DNA of 64,000 bases from the human T2T-CHM13v2.0 reference genome, Homo sapiens: NCBI RefSeq assembly GCF_009914755.1, contig NC_060929.1. The stretch is one strand, 5' to 3'. The translations under genes and the position numbers were made by a program. A model generated the notes under the pieces. That model was not told where the DNA came from, did no database searches, and worked only from the letters and a program-made list of their open reading frames with translations. This document shows, piece by piece, positions 1 through 13,699 of the stretch. Position 1 is the stretch's first letter. Each line of letters opens with the position of its first letter.

Positions 1-1516
1 TTGAATGATACATTCTTTTTTAGTTCTTCAAGAAATCTTCAAATTGCTTTTCCCAGTAATTAGCCCTAATTACTCCACCTTCCTTACTCTAGCATAGTAT
101 AATTCAAAATAGAATATCAAAAGTGATATAATTATGTCCTACTTAAAAATGTTTTTGGTCATCACATGTTAGTTTGATTATTTAGAACTTTTATTATTTT
201 ATTTTTATCTTTCTACTTTCATTATTTTGCTAAACATTTAAGCTTCCTACCTTCCAATTAACCTGACACACTGAATATTTTAACATCCCATTAAGTGGCA
301 GCACATTAACTGAGGTGGGCCATCACACATATTCTGTTCTTTCTTTTTCATTATAGATTGTGTGTTTAGAGGTAGATATCTTAGCAATTAGTCATATGTT
401 CCTGGAATATGAAGAGAGATGACAAATCCAATTAAGATGATATTGATACAGCAGAGATCCTGGAAACAGAGCTTAACACAGCATCTGGAATAAACATTGA
501 TTTTTCTCCCTTTGAAAATGGTGGGATTATGACAAATCTATTCACGGATATTTTTGAAGGTGTCTGTATGAGAAAACGGGTGTGTGTGTTTGGCAAGTGA
601 TACATTGTAGACATTGCTATTGCCTTTTCAAAAGTCCTTCAAACCTATTTCATTGTGTTACAGCTATGTTGCTTGGGTACGATTAACCCGATTAACCCAG
701 TCATAACTGTAAAGATAGAACTCGATTAGTTTAAGAAAACATTTTCTACCTTGTGTGTAATGTTTATGATTCAGATTGATTCAAGTGACCCAGATTTTCA
801 AACCAGAAAAAAATACAGCTTTTATGTAATAGTTGTCAGAGAGAGAGATGTTTTCTCTCCACCCTGGCTCTAAGTAATGGAGAATGTACTGGTTTATGAG
901 ATTGTTAGAATTTTTGTAATCTCAGATAGAAGCTGAAATACAGCGAAGGGCAGAGCCAAAAGATTCACCAAGAAACACAATCAGTATGCTTAAAAAAGTA
1001 TGTCTGGATTCTACCTAACCTCACAACTATTAAGTAAGATTATCAATGCATTGACCTTGGTTTATATCAGCTAGTTTCCCAATATTTGCAACTAAAGCCT
1101 TTGGATATGGAGTGAGGTGGAAAGATGTTATCAGACTAATCTTCTGTTATTGTTGTTTCTTTTCACTTGATTTAAAATGGTGATGTTTACTAACAGAGGG
1201 CTGAATTTTGAAAGACAACATAAATTAAGGATATACTTGCTAATTTGAAGGAACTTCAAAACCACAAATAGGTTTGTCGATCATGTCATTGATTAGAAAC
1301 TCAGATGAGAGGACTAGTAGACATTGAGCCATAAAGAAGTGAAGCAATATTTTTTCCACGGAAGAAATTACAGAATAAACACAAAGAAGGATTTTTACTG
1401 AACAACTTAAAACCATAAAAATTTGCAAATAGGAAGAACACAATGAGCCTGAAAACAAGAGCAGTGAGAAGGGACCAAAAAAATTGAAGGAAGGAAAAGC
1501 AAGACAGTACTAAGCA

Positions 1517-1519
<3 letters not shown>

Positions 1520-1557
<38 letters not shown>
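1520..1557. repeat. (CA)n microsatellite
   Basis: Uninterrupted CA run seen directly. Confidence 0.97.
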
Positions 1558-1559
<2 letters not shown>

Positions 1560-1589
1560 TTAATGAAAGAGTAGTACAATATTGCCAAA

Positions 1590-1790
1590 TTCTATTGCGA
1601 GGTCAAGTAAAATGATAACTAATCTTTCATTTGATTTAGACAGATACATGTAATTGAATAGCTTAGAGAATGGTGTTTCTGTGATGGTGTGGAATTAGAA
1701 GTCAGACTAAAGGCATCAGCACATTTAGCAGAAAATGAGGACATGGAAACAGCATAAGTTTGACCAGTAATAAGAAGAAAATGTAGTTTA
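1590..1790 (-). mobile_element. L2 LINE fragment (old)
   Basis: ggtcaagtaaaatgataact...ttgatttag...gtgatggtgtggaattagaagtcagact resembles the recalled antisense L2 consensus; boundaries approximate. Confidence 0.55.
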
Positions 1791-1867
1791 TAAATATATG
1801 AATATGTACTTTAAAGAAGTTGTGTGTTTGTATATTTTTAATATATTTTGCTTTACTTTTTTCATAC

Positions 1868-2412
1868 ATAGACTTAGTTTTTTGGAAAAGTTTTATGTAT
1901 ATAGAAAAAAAATCACTCAAAATTAAAGAGTTCCTATATACCCTCCCTGCCACAAGAGTATTTGCTACTATTAATATCTTGCATTACTGAGATACATTCA
2001 TTATAATTGATGAGCCAATACTGATAATTCTTTTAATTAAAATTCATAGTTTACATTAGGGTTTACTCTTCATGTAGATTGGTGCAACTTCATCATGTTA
2101 AGTATCCACCATTACAGTAACAGCAAATGTTTTCACAGTCCTGAACCTCCTCTGTGCTGCACTTATTCATCCCGCTCTTCTGCTTGGCAACCACCAATAT
2201 TTTTACTGTCTCAATAGTTTGACCTTTTCTATAATGCCATATTGTTGAAATAACACAATATGTAGCATTTTCAGGTTGGCTTCTCTAACTCAGAAATGTG
2301 CAATTCAGTTTCCTTCATGTCTTCTGTGGCTTGGTAACTCATATCTTTTTAATTACTAAATAGTATTTCATTGTATGAATATGCTACCATTTGTTATCCA
2401 TTCACCTATTGT
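1868..2412 (-). mobile_element. L1MC1/L1MC2-type 3' end fragment
   Basis: catagtttacattagggtttactctt, gtatccaccattacagt and ggcaaccacc...ttttactgtctc are typical antisense L1MC 3' UTR motifs. Confidence 0.8.
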
Positions 2413-2663
2413 ATTCATGTTTAGATTGGCATGCTTATATATTTTATCTGTTTGATGGAAATACTTCAGAGAAGAAGAAATTCTTGAAGGTAGGGAGAAC
2501 TAAGGGAGTCAATAGAGTAATGTTAGTTATAAGGTAAAATAATTTTTCTTCAATTGGAGAAAAGACACTATGTCTATTGAAAATCAGGAGAGGAGTAAAG
2601 ATGGGGTGTAGCAATAAGAAATCTGTCAATTTCAGGGTGAAAACAGAGCTCTTATCAATTAAA

Positions 2664-2901
2664 TTTTTTTTTTTTTTTGAGACAGAGTCTCACTCTTTCA
2701 CCCAGGCTGGAGTGCAGTGGCATGATCTCAGCTCACTGCAAGCTCCACCTCCCGATTCACGCCATTCTTCTGCCTCAGCCTCCCGGGTAGCTGGGACTAC
2801 AGGTGCCTGCCACCACGCCGGGCTAATTTTTTGTATTTTTAGTAGAGATGGGGTTTCACCTTGTTAGCCAGGATGGTCTCAAACTCCTGACCTCGTGATC
2901 C
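2664..2901 (-). mobile_element. Alu (AluY-like), 5' truncated
   Basis: Poly-T then gagacagagtctcactc...gcaagctccacctcc...ttcacgccattct; similarity ends at gacctcgtgatcc. Confidence 0.95.
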
Positions 2902-5900
2902 ATGTGGCTCGGCTAATTTTTATTTTATGTGTTAATTGAGGTCTGAGTCTATCAGATAATAAGGAGCACAATAAAAGAGAATCTTTGGAATATTTTAGAA
3001 TGAGTGTTGGAGAACCAGTTTGTATTTCTTTTCATATGCAATGATATTCACGACCCAGAAGTCCTCATTTACTCCCTCTTAAAGCTTGTGCAAGAAGCTG
3101 TTAATGCTTGTTTTAATTAAATTATCACTAATTGATCTTGTAAGTGAACACTGTTACCATATAAATTTATTTTTATATGGAGAATATCTTCCCAAAATAA
3201 AGTTTATTACTTTTATAGCATTTTGGCATTACTAAAATACTTCACAATTCACATTGATTTAATAGTGAAATATTTTTTCAATTAACAGCACAGTACCAAA
3301 ACATAAAATTGTGTTTTATTTTTAAAGCATGTTCAAATTATATAAACTCAGAGAAAAATAATTGTAGTTTATAAACTATAAATCCATTCATAATTGCCCT
3401 CACATCACCTCATTTATGTAAATTAAACAAATTTTCTTCAATTGCTAAAAACTTGTTTTTAAAAGAACTCTCACAAACTGAATAAATTACCACACTTGTT
3501 TAGTGATAATTATGTACCCATTTAGGAAGCTCATGACATTAAAATTTATGATTATGCAATTAAAATTATCTTCACTTATAAAAAATAAATGTATATATTT
3601 CCAGATAAACAACAAAAATACAGACATTTTTTCTCCTGACAGATCTTCAGAGGGAAGACATTGAGAGTGTATGGAGGGAAGATACAGAAGCTGGACTGAA
3701 TAAGAAGGAAGCTGAGAACCCTGCATGGGGCTACTGCACACCAGGACTTGTATCCAGCCCCCATCAACTCCAGGGGAACAGATGAGTTGAACTGGCAAGG
3801 AGCAACCTGCTCTCCTCATAGGCCTCTAGAATCCCAGAAGAAAGAGACCCCTCAACCACTATGGACACTTGAATTGGCAGGGAGAGCTGCTTAAAGAAGT
3901 GTCAGGGACTGCATGCCATCCAATACAGAGTCCAAAGGGTCTAGTGCCAGCGCATCTATAGTGGAGTGTGGCCAGAGATACCCACCCCCCGAGGCTTCAC
4001 TTACTCCAATAGGGGACTTTAACTCTGAGGAAACTGTCAGACCTGTACTCTGCAGGGAAGTCTCCGCCATCAGATGGGGATGGTTCAACTGTGCTAGTTC
4101 TCTAGCAAGGGTTCTAAACCAGGTTGAGATGACTGATATGACAGAAATAGAATTCAGAATATGTATAGGAATGAAGATCACTGGGATGCAGGAGCACATT
4201 AAAACCAAATCCAAGGAAGCTAACAATCACAATAAAATGATATGGGAGGTGACAAACAAAATAGCCAGTATAGAAAGAATGTAAATAAGCTGCTAGAGCT
4301 GACAAGCACATGATGAGAATTTCATAACACAATTGCAATACTAATAGTAGAATACACCAAGCCAGGGAAAGTCTCAGAGCTTGAAGTTTAGCTTTGTGAA
4401 ATAAGACAGTCAGACAAGAATAAAAAATAATAATAAAGAGGGATACACAAAACCTCTGAGAAATATGAGATTATGTAAAGGGGCCAAATGTATGTCTCTT
4501 GTCATCCCTGAAACAGATGGAAAGAATGGAAACAACATGGAAAACATATTTCAGGATATCATCAATAAAAACTTTCCCAACTTAGCTAGAGAGGCCAAAA
4601 TTTAAATTTGGAAAATGAAGAGAACCCCAGTAAGATACTTCACAAGAAGATCATCCCTGAGACACATAATCATTAAATTCTCCAAAGTGAAAATCAATGA
4701 AAAAATGTTACAGTCAGCTAGAGAAAAAGGTCAGGTCACCTATAAAGGAAAACCCATCAGACTAACAGCAGACCTCTCAGCAGAAACCCTGTAAGTCAGA
4801 AGAGACTGGGGACCAATAGTCAACATTCTTAAAGAAAAGGAATTCCAATCCAGAATTTCATATACTGCCAAATTAAGCAAAGGAGAAATATGATCCTTTC
4901 AGACAAGTGAATGCTGAGAGAATTTATTTCCACTACATGTCTGCATAATAACCAGTTAACTTCATGATGTCAGGATCAGATTCACACATATCAGTACTAA
5001 CCTTGAAGGTAAGTGAACTAAATACCCCAATTAAAACACACAGAGTGGCAAGCTAGATAAAGAACCAAAATCCAATTATGTGCTGTCTTCAAGAGACCTA
5101 TCTCACCTGCAATGACACCCAAAGGCTCAACATAAAGGAATGGGGGAAGAAAAGTTATCAAGCAAATGGAAAACAGAAAAAAGTAGGAGTTGCAATCCTA
5201 ATTTCAGACAAAAGAGATTTTAAACCAACAAAGGTCAAAAAGGACCAAGAATGGCATGATAAATGGTAAAGGGTTCAATTCAACAAGGCCAAATAATCCT
5301 AAATATATATCCACCCAACACAGGAGCACCCAGGTCATAAAGTTAAGTCCTTAGAGACCTTGAAAGAAAGAGACTTAAACTCCCATGCAAAAATAGTGGG
5401 AGACCATAACACCCCATTGACACTGTTATGCAGATCATCAAGGCAGAAAACTAACAAAAATATTCAGGACCTGAACTCAACACTGAACCAAATAGACCTG
5501 ATAGATATCTACAGAACTCTCAATACCAAAACAACAGAATATACATTCCTTTTATCACCGCATAGCACACACTCTCAAATTGATCACATAATCAAAAATA
5601 AATAACTCCTCAGCAAATATAAAAGAACTGAAATCATACTAAGCACACTCTCAGACCACATCACAATAAAATTAGAAATCAAGACTAAGAAAATTGCTGA
5701 AAACCAGACAATTACATGGAAATTGAAAAACCTGCTCTGCAATGACCTTTGCATAAGTAGTGAAATTAAGGCAGAAATCAAGACATTCTTTGAAACTAAT
5801 AAAGACAAAGATACAACATACAAGAATCTCTGGGACACAGCTAAGGCAGTGTAAAGAGGGACATGTATGGCACAAGATTCCCACATCAAAGAGTTAAAAA

Positions 5901-6349
5901 GATCTCAATTTAACAGCATATCACAACAAAAAGAACTTGAAAACCAAGATAACAATCCCAAATCAAGCAAAATGCAAGAAATAGCCAAAATCAGAGTGGA
6001 ACTGAAGCAGATTGAGGGAGAAAACCATTCAAAAGATCAACATATTCAGGAGTTGGTTTTTGAAAAAATTAATAAAATACACTGCAAACTATACTAATAA
6101 AGAAGAAAAGAGAGAAGACCCAATGAACACAATTACAAATGACAAAGGGGATATTACCACTGACCCCCCAGAAATACAAATAACTATCAGATAATATTAG
6201 GAATACCTCTGTGCACACAGACTAGAAAACCTAGAAGAAATTAATAAATTCCTGGACACATACACACTCCCAAGACTGAACCAGGAAGAAATTAAATCCC
6301 TGAACAGACTGATAAGTTCTGAAATTGAGGCAAAAACGAAGAACCTACT

Positions 6350-6358
6350 AACAACAGC

Positions 6359-6390
<32 letters not shown>
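6350..6390. repeat. (CAA)n microsatellite inside L1 ORF2
   Basis: CAA run seen directly. Confidence 0.95.
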
Positions 6391-6831
6391 AAGCCCAGGA
6401 CCAGAAGGATTCACTGAATTCTACTACATGTTTGAAGAGATGGTAACATTTCTACTGAGACTATTCCAACAATTAAAAAAAAAAAAGACTCTTCTAATTC
6501 ATTCAATGAGGCCATCCTGATACTAAAACCTGAAGAAATACAACTAAAAAAGAAAACTTCAGGCCAATATACTTGATGAACAACAATGCAAAAATCCTCG
6601 GCAAAATACTGGCACAATGAATCCAGAAGCACATGGAAAAGCTTATCCACCATGATGAAGTAGGCTTCATCCCTGGGATGCAAGGTTGGTTCAACACATG
6701 CAAATCAATAAATGTGATTAATCACATAAACAAATGAAGATGGAAACCACATGATTATCTCATTAGATGCAGAAAAGTCTCTTGATAAAATTCAACATTG
6801 CTTCATGTTAAAAACTCTCAAAAAACTAGCT

Positions 6832-6941
<110 letters not shown>

Positions 6942-8343
6942 TGACCTCACTCACTACTCCTAATCAACATAGTACTGGAAATACTGGCCACAGCAATCAG
7001 ACAAGGGAAAAAAATAAAAGGCATTCAAATGGGAAGAGAGGAAGTCAATCTATCCCTGTTTCCAGATGACATGATTCTATATCTAGAAAACCCCAGTCTC
7101 AGCCCAAAAGCTCCTTTAGCTGATAAGCAACTTTAGCAAAGTCTCATGAAACGAAATCAAGGTACAAAAATCACTACCACCCCTATTCACCAACAACAGT
7201 CAAACAAAGAGCCAATTCAGTGACACAATCCCATTCACAATTGCCACAAATAGAATAAAAGACCTAGGACTACAACTAACCAGGGAGGTGAAAGATCTCT
7301 ACAATGATAACTACAAAACACAGCTCAAAGAAATCAGAGATGACACAAACAAATGGAAAAACATCCCATGCTCATGGATAGGAAGAATCAATAGCATTAA
7401 AATGGCTATACTGTTCATTCAGCACAATTTATAGATTAAATGCTATTCTTATGAAATTATTAATAGCATTCTTCACACAACTAGAAAACACTATTTTTAA
7501 AACTCATATAGAACCAAAAAGAGCCTAAATAGTCAACAGAATCCTAAGACAAAAGAACAAAGTTAAAGGCATCATGCTACCCAACTTCAAATGATGCTAC
7601 AGAGCTACTGTAACCAAAACAGCATGGTACACATAGACCAATGGGACAGAATAGAAAGCCCCCAAAAAAGACCTTACATGTACAACCATCTGCTGTTTGA
7701 CAAAGCTGACAAAAAGAAGCAATAAGGAAAGGACTCCCTACTCAATAAGTAATATTGGGATAACAGGCTAGCCATATGGAGAAGATTAAAACTGGACTCC
7801 TTCCTTTCACTATATATAAATACAACTCAAGATGGATTAAAGACTTAAATGACAGACACCAAACTATAAAAACTGTGGAGGAAAACCTAGGTAATACCAT
7901 TCAGGACATAGGCATGGGCAAAGATTTCATGAGGAAGACCCCAAAAGCAATTGCAACAAAAGTATAAATTGACAAATGGACTCTAATTAAACTAAAGTGC
8001 TTCTCTGCAGAAAAATAAACTATCAACAGAGTAAACAGACAACATAAAAATGGGAGAAAATATTTGCAAACTATGCATCTGACAAAGTTCTTATATCCAG
8101 CATCTATAAGGAACTTAAAATATTTACAAGAAAACAATCACATTAAAAAGTGGGAAAAAACATGAACAGACATCTTTCGAAAGAAGATATATATGTGGTC
8201 AACAAGCATATGAAAAAAAGCTCACCATCACTGATCATTAGAGTAATGCAAATCAAAACCAAAATGAAATGCCAGCTCGAACCATTCTGAATGGCTATTA
8301 CATAAAAGACAAAAAATAGCAGATGATGGTGAGGATGAGGAGA

Positions 8344-8889
8344 TGTGATGGTTAATATTGAGTGTCAACTTGATTGGGTTGAAGATTGCAAAGTATTGTT
8401 CCTGGGTGTGTCTGTGAGGGTGTTGTCAAAGGAGATTCACATTTGAGTCAGTGGTCTGGGAGAGGCAGACCCACCTTCAATCTGGGCGAGCACCATCTAA
8501 TCAGCTGCCAGTGCAGCTAGGATAAAAGCAGGCAGAGAAATGTGGAAAGACTAGACTGGCTAAGCCTTTTGGCCTCCAGCTTTCTCCTATGCTGGATGCT
8601 TCCTGCCCTCAACCATCAGACTCTAAGTTCTTCACCTTTTAGACTCTTGGACCTACACCTGGGGCTTGCCAGGAGCTCTCTGGCCTTCAGCCACAGACTG
8701 AAGGCTGCACTGTTGGCATTCCTACTTTTGAGGTCCTGGGACTTGGGCTGGCTTCCTTGCTCCTCAGCTTTCAGATGGCCTATTGTGGGACCTCATCTTG
8801 TGATCATGTGAGTCAATACTCCTTAATAAACTCCCTTTCAAATATACATATATCCTATTAGTCCTAGCCCTCTAGAGAACCCTAATACA
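8344..8889 (+). mobile_element. MLT2A-type (HERV-L) solo LTR inserted in L1
   Basis: Begins tgtgatggttaatattgagtgtcaacttg, ends agagaaccctaataca; 5-bp TSD ggaga at 8339-8343 and 8890-8894. Confidence 0.95.
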
Positions 8890-9525
8890 GGAGAAAAACA
8901 AATGCTTATACACTGTTGGTGGGAGTGTAAATTAGTTCAACAATTGTGGAAAGAAGGGTGGCAATTTCAAACAGAACTACTATTTGACCTAGCAATCCCA
9001 TTTCTGGGTATATACAGAAAGGAATATAAATTGTTCTACCATAAAGACACATGCACATGAATGTTCACTGAAGCACTATTCACAATAGCAAAGACATGGA
9101 ATCAACTTAAATGCCCATCAATGTTAGACTGGATTTTAAAACGTGGTACATATATACCATGAAATACTATGCAGTCATAAAAAAGAATCAGATCATATCC
9201 TTTTGCAGGAACATGGATGGAGCTGGAGGCCATTATCGTTAGCAAACTAATGCAGGAACAGAAAACCAAATACTGCATGTTCTCACTTATATATGGGAGA
9301 TAAATGATGAGAACACATGGACACATAGAGGGGACCAACAAACACTAGGGTCTACCAGAAGGCAGAGGGTGAGAGGAGGAAGAGTATCAAGAAAAATAAC
9401 TAAGGAGTACTATGCTTATAAGCTGGGTGATGAAATAATCTGTGCAACAAACCCTCATAACACACATTTACCTAAAAAACAAACCTGCACATGTACCCAT
9501 GTACTTAAAATAGAAGTTAGAAAAA

Positions 9526-10013
9526 ATGACACATGCATGTCTATGTTCATCACAGCACTAATGACAATAGCAAAGTCAGGGAATCAACATAAATTGTCAT
9601 CAACAGTAGGCTGGATTAAAAATATGTGGTGATTATATACCATGGAATACCATGCAGCCATGAAAAAGAATGATATTTTTCCTTTGCAGCAACATGGATA
9701 AAGGTGCAGGCCGTAATCCATCATAATCGTAAATGAACTAATGCAGGAACAGAAAACCAAACATTGCATAGTCTCACTTTTAAGTAGCAGCAGCTAAACA
9801 TTGAGTACACATGGACACAAAGAAAGGAACAATGGATACTAGGGCCTACTTGACGGTGGAGAGTGGGAGGAAAGAGAGAATTGAAAAACTATCATTGGTG
9901 CTATGATTATTATGTGGGTGATGAAATAATCTGTACACCAAACCCTCACGACATGCAATTTACCTATGTAACAAGCCTTCACATGTACAACAGAAATTAA
10001 AATAAAAGTAAAG
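9526..10013 (+). mobile_element. Second LINE-1 3' end (L1PA16-like)
   Basis: Repeats the ORF2 C-terminus and 3' UTR (gacacatgc...tgatgaaataatctgtacaccaaacc...aataaaagtaaag) with different diagnostic bases from the first copy. Confidence 0.9.
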
Positions 10014-10777
10014 AAAATATAGACATTTGTGTGTTTTTGGAAAATCTGTGGTAGTAAATATATTCACATAGCATACAATGATGACCATAAATCAATTATA
10101 ACTAAGTGGGTTTTAGAATTTTATTTTCAAAATCCATACTACTTTTCTCAATCTGTGTATACCAAAAATATAATATCTCTTTTTAGGAAAAGTATAATAT
10201 TATTTGAATAATAGTTTAATGGAAATAGCTAATTTAGAAATTATAATGCAAATCAAGAGGCATTAAAATTATTTTTTAATTAACTAAATTTACATAGATA
10301 TCTTGAAATGACAGAAAATTAGAGTATCTGCAGTGCTATCTAAATTGAATATTATTAAAAACAATAAGTGCTTAATTATGCTTTGTTTGTGATCAAAAGT
10401 TAATGTGCCTAAAAATAATTTAAATGTAAGCATTACTGAGAGGGTTTTTAGACATGTCTGAAAGCTGTCTGAAAGGTCTAACGGCTACCTGGCTTTTGAA
10501 CAGACTGGAACAGACTGATGTTGAGCAGAACATTTTGTATTTGCTATCTGGAACTTAGATTATATAATCTTTCTAGTGCCTATGTAAATAATAAAAAGAT
10601 AAATGAAACAAAATAATATAGTAGGGTATGATTTTACTTTATATGCATGCATATACTAAATTACTAAATAAATATACTACATACTAAATACTAAGTATAT
10701 TATTTACATATCTATTTCATATGTGAAAACCTGTGGCTTACATTTTTTATACCCTTTCCTTTGCTGATTTTATCAGC

Positions 10778-11291
10778 AAATCAGCAAAGGAAAAAGGTAT
10801 ATAGTGCACAATTTATCCTATAGAATTTAGGAGAAACCAGGTACAAGCCCTCAATTATTCTTCCCTAGTGGCATCAAACAGGCACCATTTAATTCTCCAA
10901 GCAATGACGTATGGTGACACGTAAGTGTTGGCAAACAGAGAAGCCCAGCTGAGTTTTGAGGACAGGGTTTTTATTGGCAGTCAGTCTTGTAGGCATGAGG
11001 CACCCACATAACCAAACTGCTCTATTTGGCTCCATCCCATCAGAGGTCAAACTGATACAGAGTGGCCCAAATCCCCAGGTACACAAAAACAGCTGTACAC
11101 TAAAAGTTACATTATTGGCATGAACTATCTGGTATGGCCCAGATTCTCAAGGATACAAAGACATTCTTATAGGCAGAATATTCCAAGGGCTCAGAGGTTA
11201 TCTCCCTGGAACAAGTAAGGGGCCAGCACTATGTTTGGAATATTCAACGTTTGAGCCCACCAAGCTCACTGGGTTATCCCTTTACTGTACA
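10778..11291 (-). mobile_element. MER21C/MER77-family LTR, truncated on the left
   Basis: aaatcagcaaagg...ggagaaaccagg...aagggctcagaggttatctccc...ccctttactgtaca terminus. Confidence 0.75.
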
Positions 11292-11334
11292 AGTAAAATT
11301 TATAGAACTAGAAAAATCCTAAGGCAATCCAATC

Positions 11335-11810
11335 ATTTAAGAAATAATTTTGAACTGTTATCATGTGCGATGCACTATTGTAAGTGTCAGGTAGATAGCA
11401 TTGAACAAAAGAACCCCCATCTCCTAATTTCACAAAGCTTACATTTTCCAGGAAATAATTGTAAATACACAAAATGAAAAACAAGGAAAATAGTATATTA
11501 GATGCTAACTAGTGCTCTGTGAAATAATAAATTAGAAACAGGATGAGTGTGTAATGATTTTTATTTTAATCAGATTTTATTGGAAAGGCCTTCCTCTGAC
11601 GGCAGTATGCTAGTTAAATGTGTGCAGGTCGTGAGGAAGCAAGCCTTGTGGACACCTGGTAAATACCATTCCAAGTAGGCAGAATCGGCATATAGGAGCA
11701 CCCATCTGGAGATTCATGTTATGCTGGAAGAACAAGGAGGCAGTGTGACTGGAGTCTGGTAAAATGAGAGAGGAAGAGAAGTAATGAAGCCAGATGTGTA
11801 AGTGGTGGCA
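11335..11810 (-). mobile_element. L2 LINE 3' fragment
   Basis: aagcttacattttc, gtgctctgtgaa, ggaaaggccttc and gaacaaggaggcagtgtgactggag are L2-like motifs. Confidence 0.7.
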
Positions 11811-12954
11811 AAATTTTTTCTAGTTATTATTTTCAACATTCATTATTTGTATTAATATTCATTATGAGATTATTATAATTATATTTCAAATTATATAAAA
11901 ATGGTTTGGAATGACACAGATTTGCAAAAGGAGATAAAGGCATTTTTGATCCTGACTATTAGAACCAAGGGCTAAGAAAATGCTTTGCTCCATGTAGCAC
12001 TTTTAGTTTGTTATTTGAAATGTTACATTCAAATTATCTTGTAAATACTACTGCTTTATGAAAAGTATCAATAATTGACGATATCACAGGTGGCCCTTTT
12101 TTAAAAGAGAACAAACAGATTTTGGCACCACAGAGCTACTCAAAGAGATCACCATGGGTCACTGTCATACAATGCTCACTCTGCACTATTCTTTCTTAGC
12201 CATTGCCTTTTCACATGCCTTTCTTCCCACAGCTGGACTTCTTTGTCATATGTAACGTATCATGCGGTGCACATTTTCTCTCCTGTCGCCCATGATTGAG
12301 AACAGATGTTATATGCGTTATAATTGTCTTCAGGAGATCTTGATGCCTTTTAATGGCACTCTGTACCTTTTATAATCAGGAGGCTTAGCTGCATGCTTAG
12401 AGGCCCATGAAGAATAGAACTTCTTTGTATTGTAGGTCTTCACATATAACCTCTAGGCCTGCTGTTCCCCTTTCACTGCTTGCTGGAACAATTAGCATTG
12501 GTAAGGGTTTTTCACAACAGGTATTAATGCCTTACTGAAAGAGGTGAGGACATTTGGCTTTTCCAAGAGGCAAGGATTGAGCTATGGAAGATAAAAGGTT
12601 TCCTGAGGGAAAAAAATAAAACAAACTTTTTAATTTTCCTTACTCTATCTTTCCATTCAAAATAAGTTAATTTTTAGTTTTTAATTACTTGATGTCAAAG
12701 AACAAGGAAAACAAGGTTTATATTCAAATTTGGGTTATCAAAACGTAAAATGTGTTTTTATAATTTTTAATTATTTTGATTGGATCAGAGAGTAATACAA
12801 ATAAAATCTTGCAGAAGGCCTTCTATGTGAATGCTAGATTGTTTTCTCTGAAGAATTTTGGATAAACCATCAGATGAGTCTACACTCTATGTATGTATTG
12901 ATACATAGAGTATAGACTTCAATGAATGCAAATGGACTTATTCCATCTGTTTCT

Positions 12955-12985
12955 CTGTTTTGTTTGTTTGTTTGTTTGTTTGTTT
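12955..12985. repeat. (TTTG)n microsatellite
   Basis: Seen directly. Confidence 0.9.
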
Positions 12986-13418
12986 TCCATTTGGGGAAAA
13001 GACAAGCTAATGAGAGAGCTGAACTCAGGGAAAGGGGCTTCACTGTGATCCTAAAACATCATCTGCATTCCAATGGTTGAGTCTTTAAATGCATTTTTCT
13101 GTTCACTGTAATGACCTTACATAGGTTCTTAAAACTCTGAAGCCTTGGTTCTTGTGTTCAAAATTAATATTAGTAATGATAACAATATTTATTAGGAGTT
13201 AGTTTACTGTGTGCTTTATAGCCATTTACTTTACATTTTGCTACAGCAGTACGTAGTAGTGGAGTTGGGAGTCCAAATCCAAATTCCTTCATGTATAATC
13301 TATTTGATTCCTCCAAAACACTTTTTCAGCCCTCTCCTGGTTAGCACACTTAATTTTATGCCTGATTTTCTTCAAAGCAACCATTTGTTCTGCATAGTCT
13401 CTGTTGTACTCTGTAACA

Positions 13419-13421
<3 letters not shown>

Positions 13422-13467
<46 letters not shown>

Positions 13468-13591
13468 TATATGTATACATGCGTATATATGTGTGTGTAT
13501 ATATATGTGTATATATGTATATATATACATCTATATATATACACATATGTATACACACACATACATACACACACACACACATACATATATG
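13422..13591. repeat. Compound (TA)n/(CA)n/(TG)n microsatellite
   Basis: About 170 bp of alternating purine-pyrimidine dinucleotides. Confidence 0.97.
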
Positions 13592-13699
13592 TAAACTGAT
13601 TACTTTCTCTAACTTCCTAACTAGAATTGAAATTTTTCACTTAATTTAAAATGTTTACGGTTAATATAACTCTTCAACAGAAAACAGTCAGGTGACCAT

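Noticed and set aside
2577-2867. ORFs containing QAGVQW/SASRVAG motifs (several places)
   Set aside because: Standard Alu-derived reading frames
13211-13649. ORFs rich in YI/HT/CV repeats (also near 21000, 38300 and 47100)
   Set aside because: Translations of dinucleotide microsatellites
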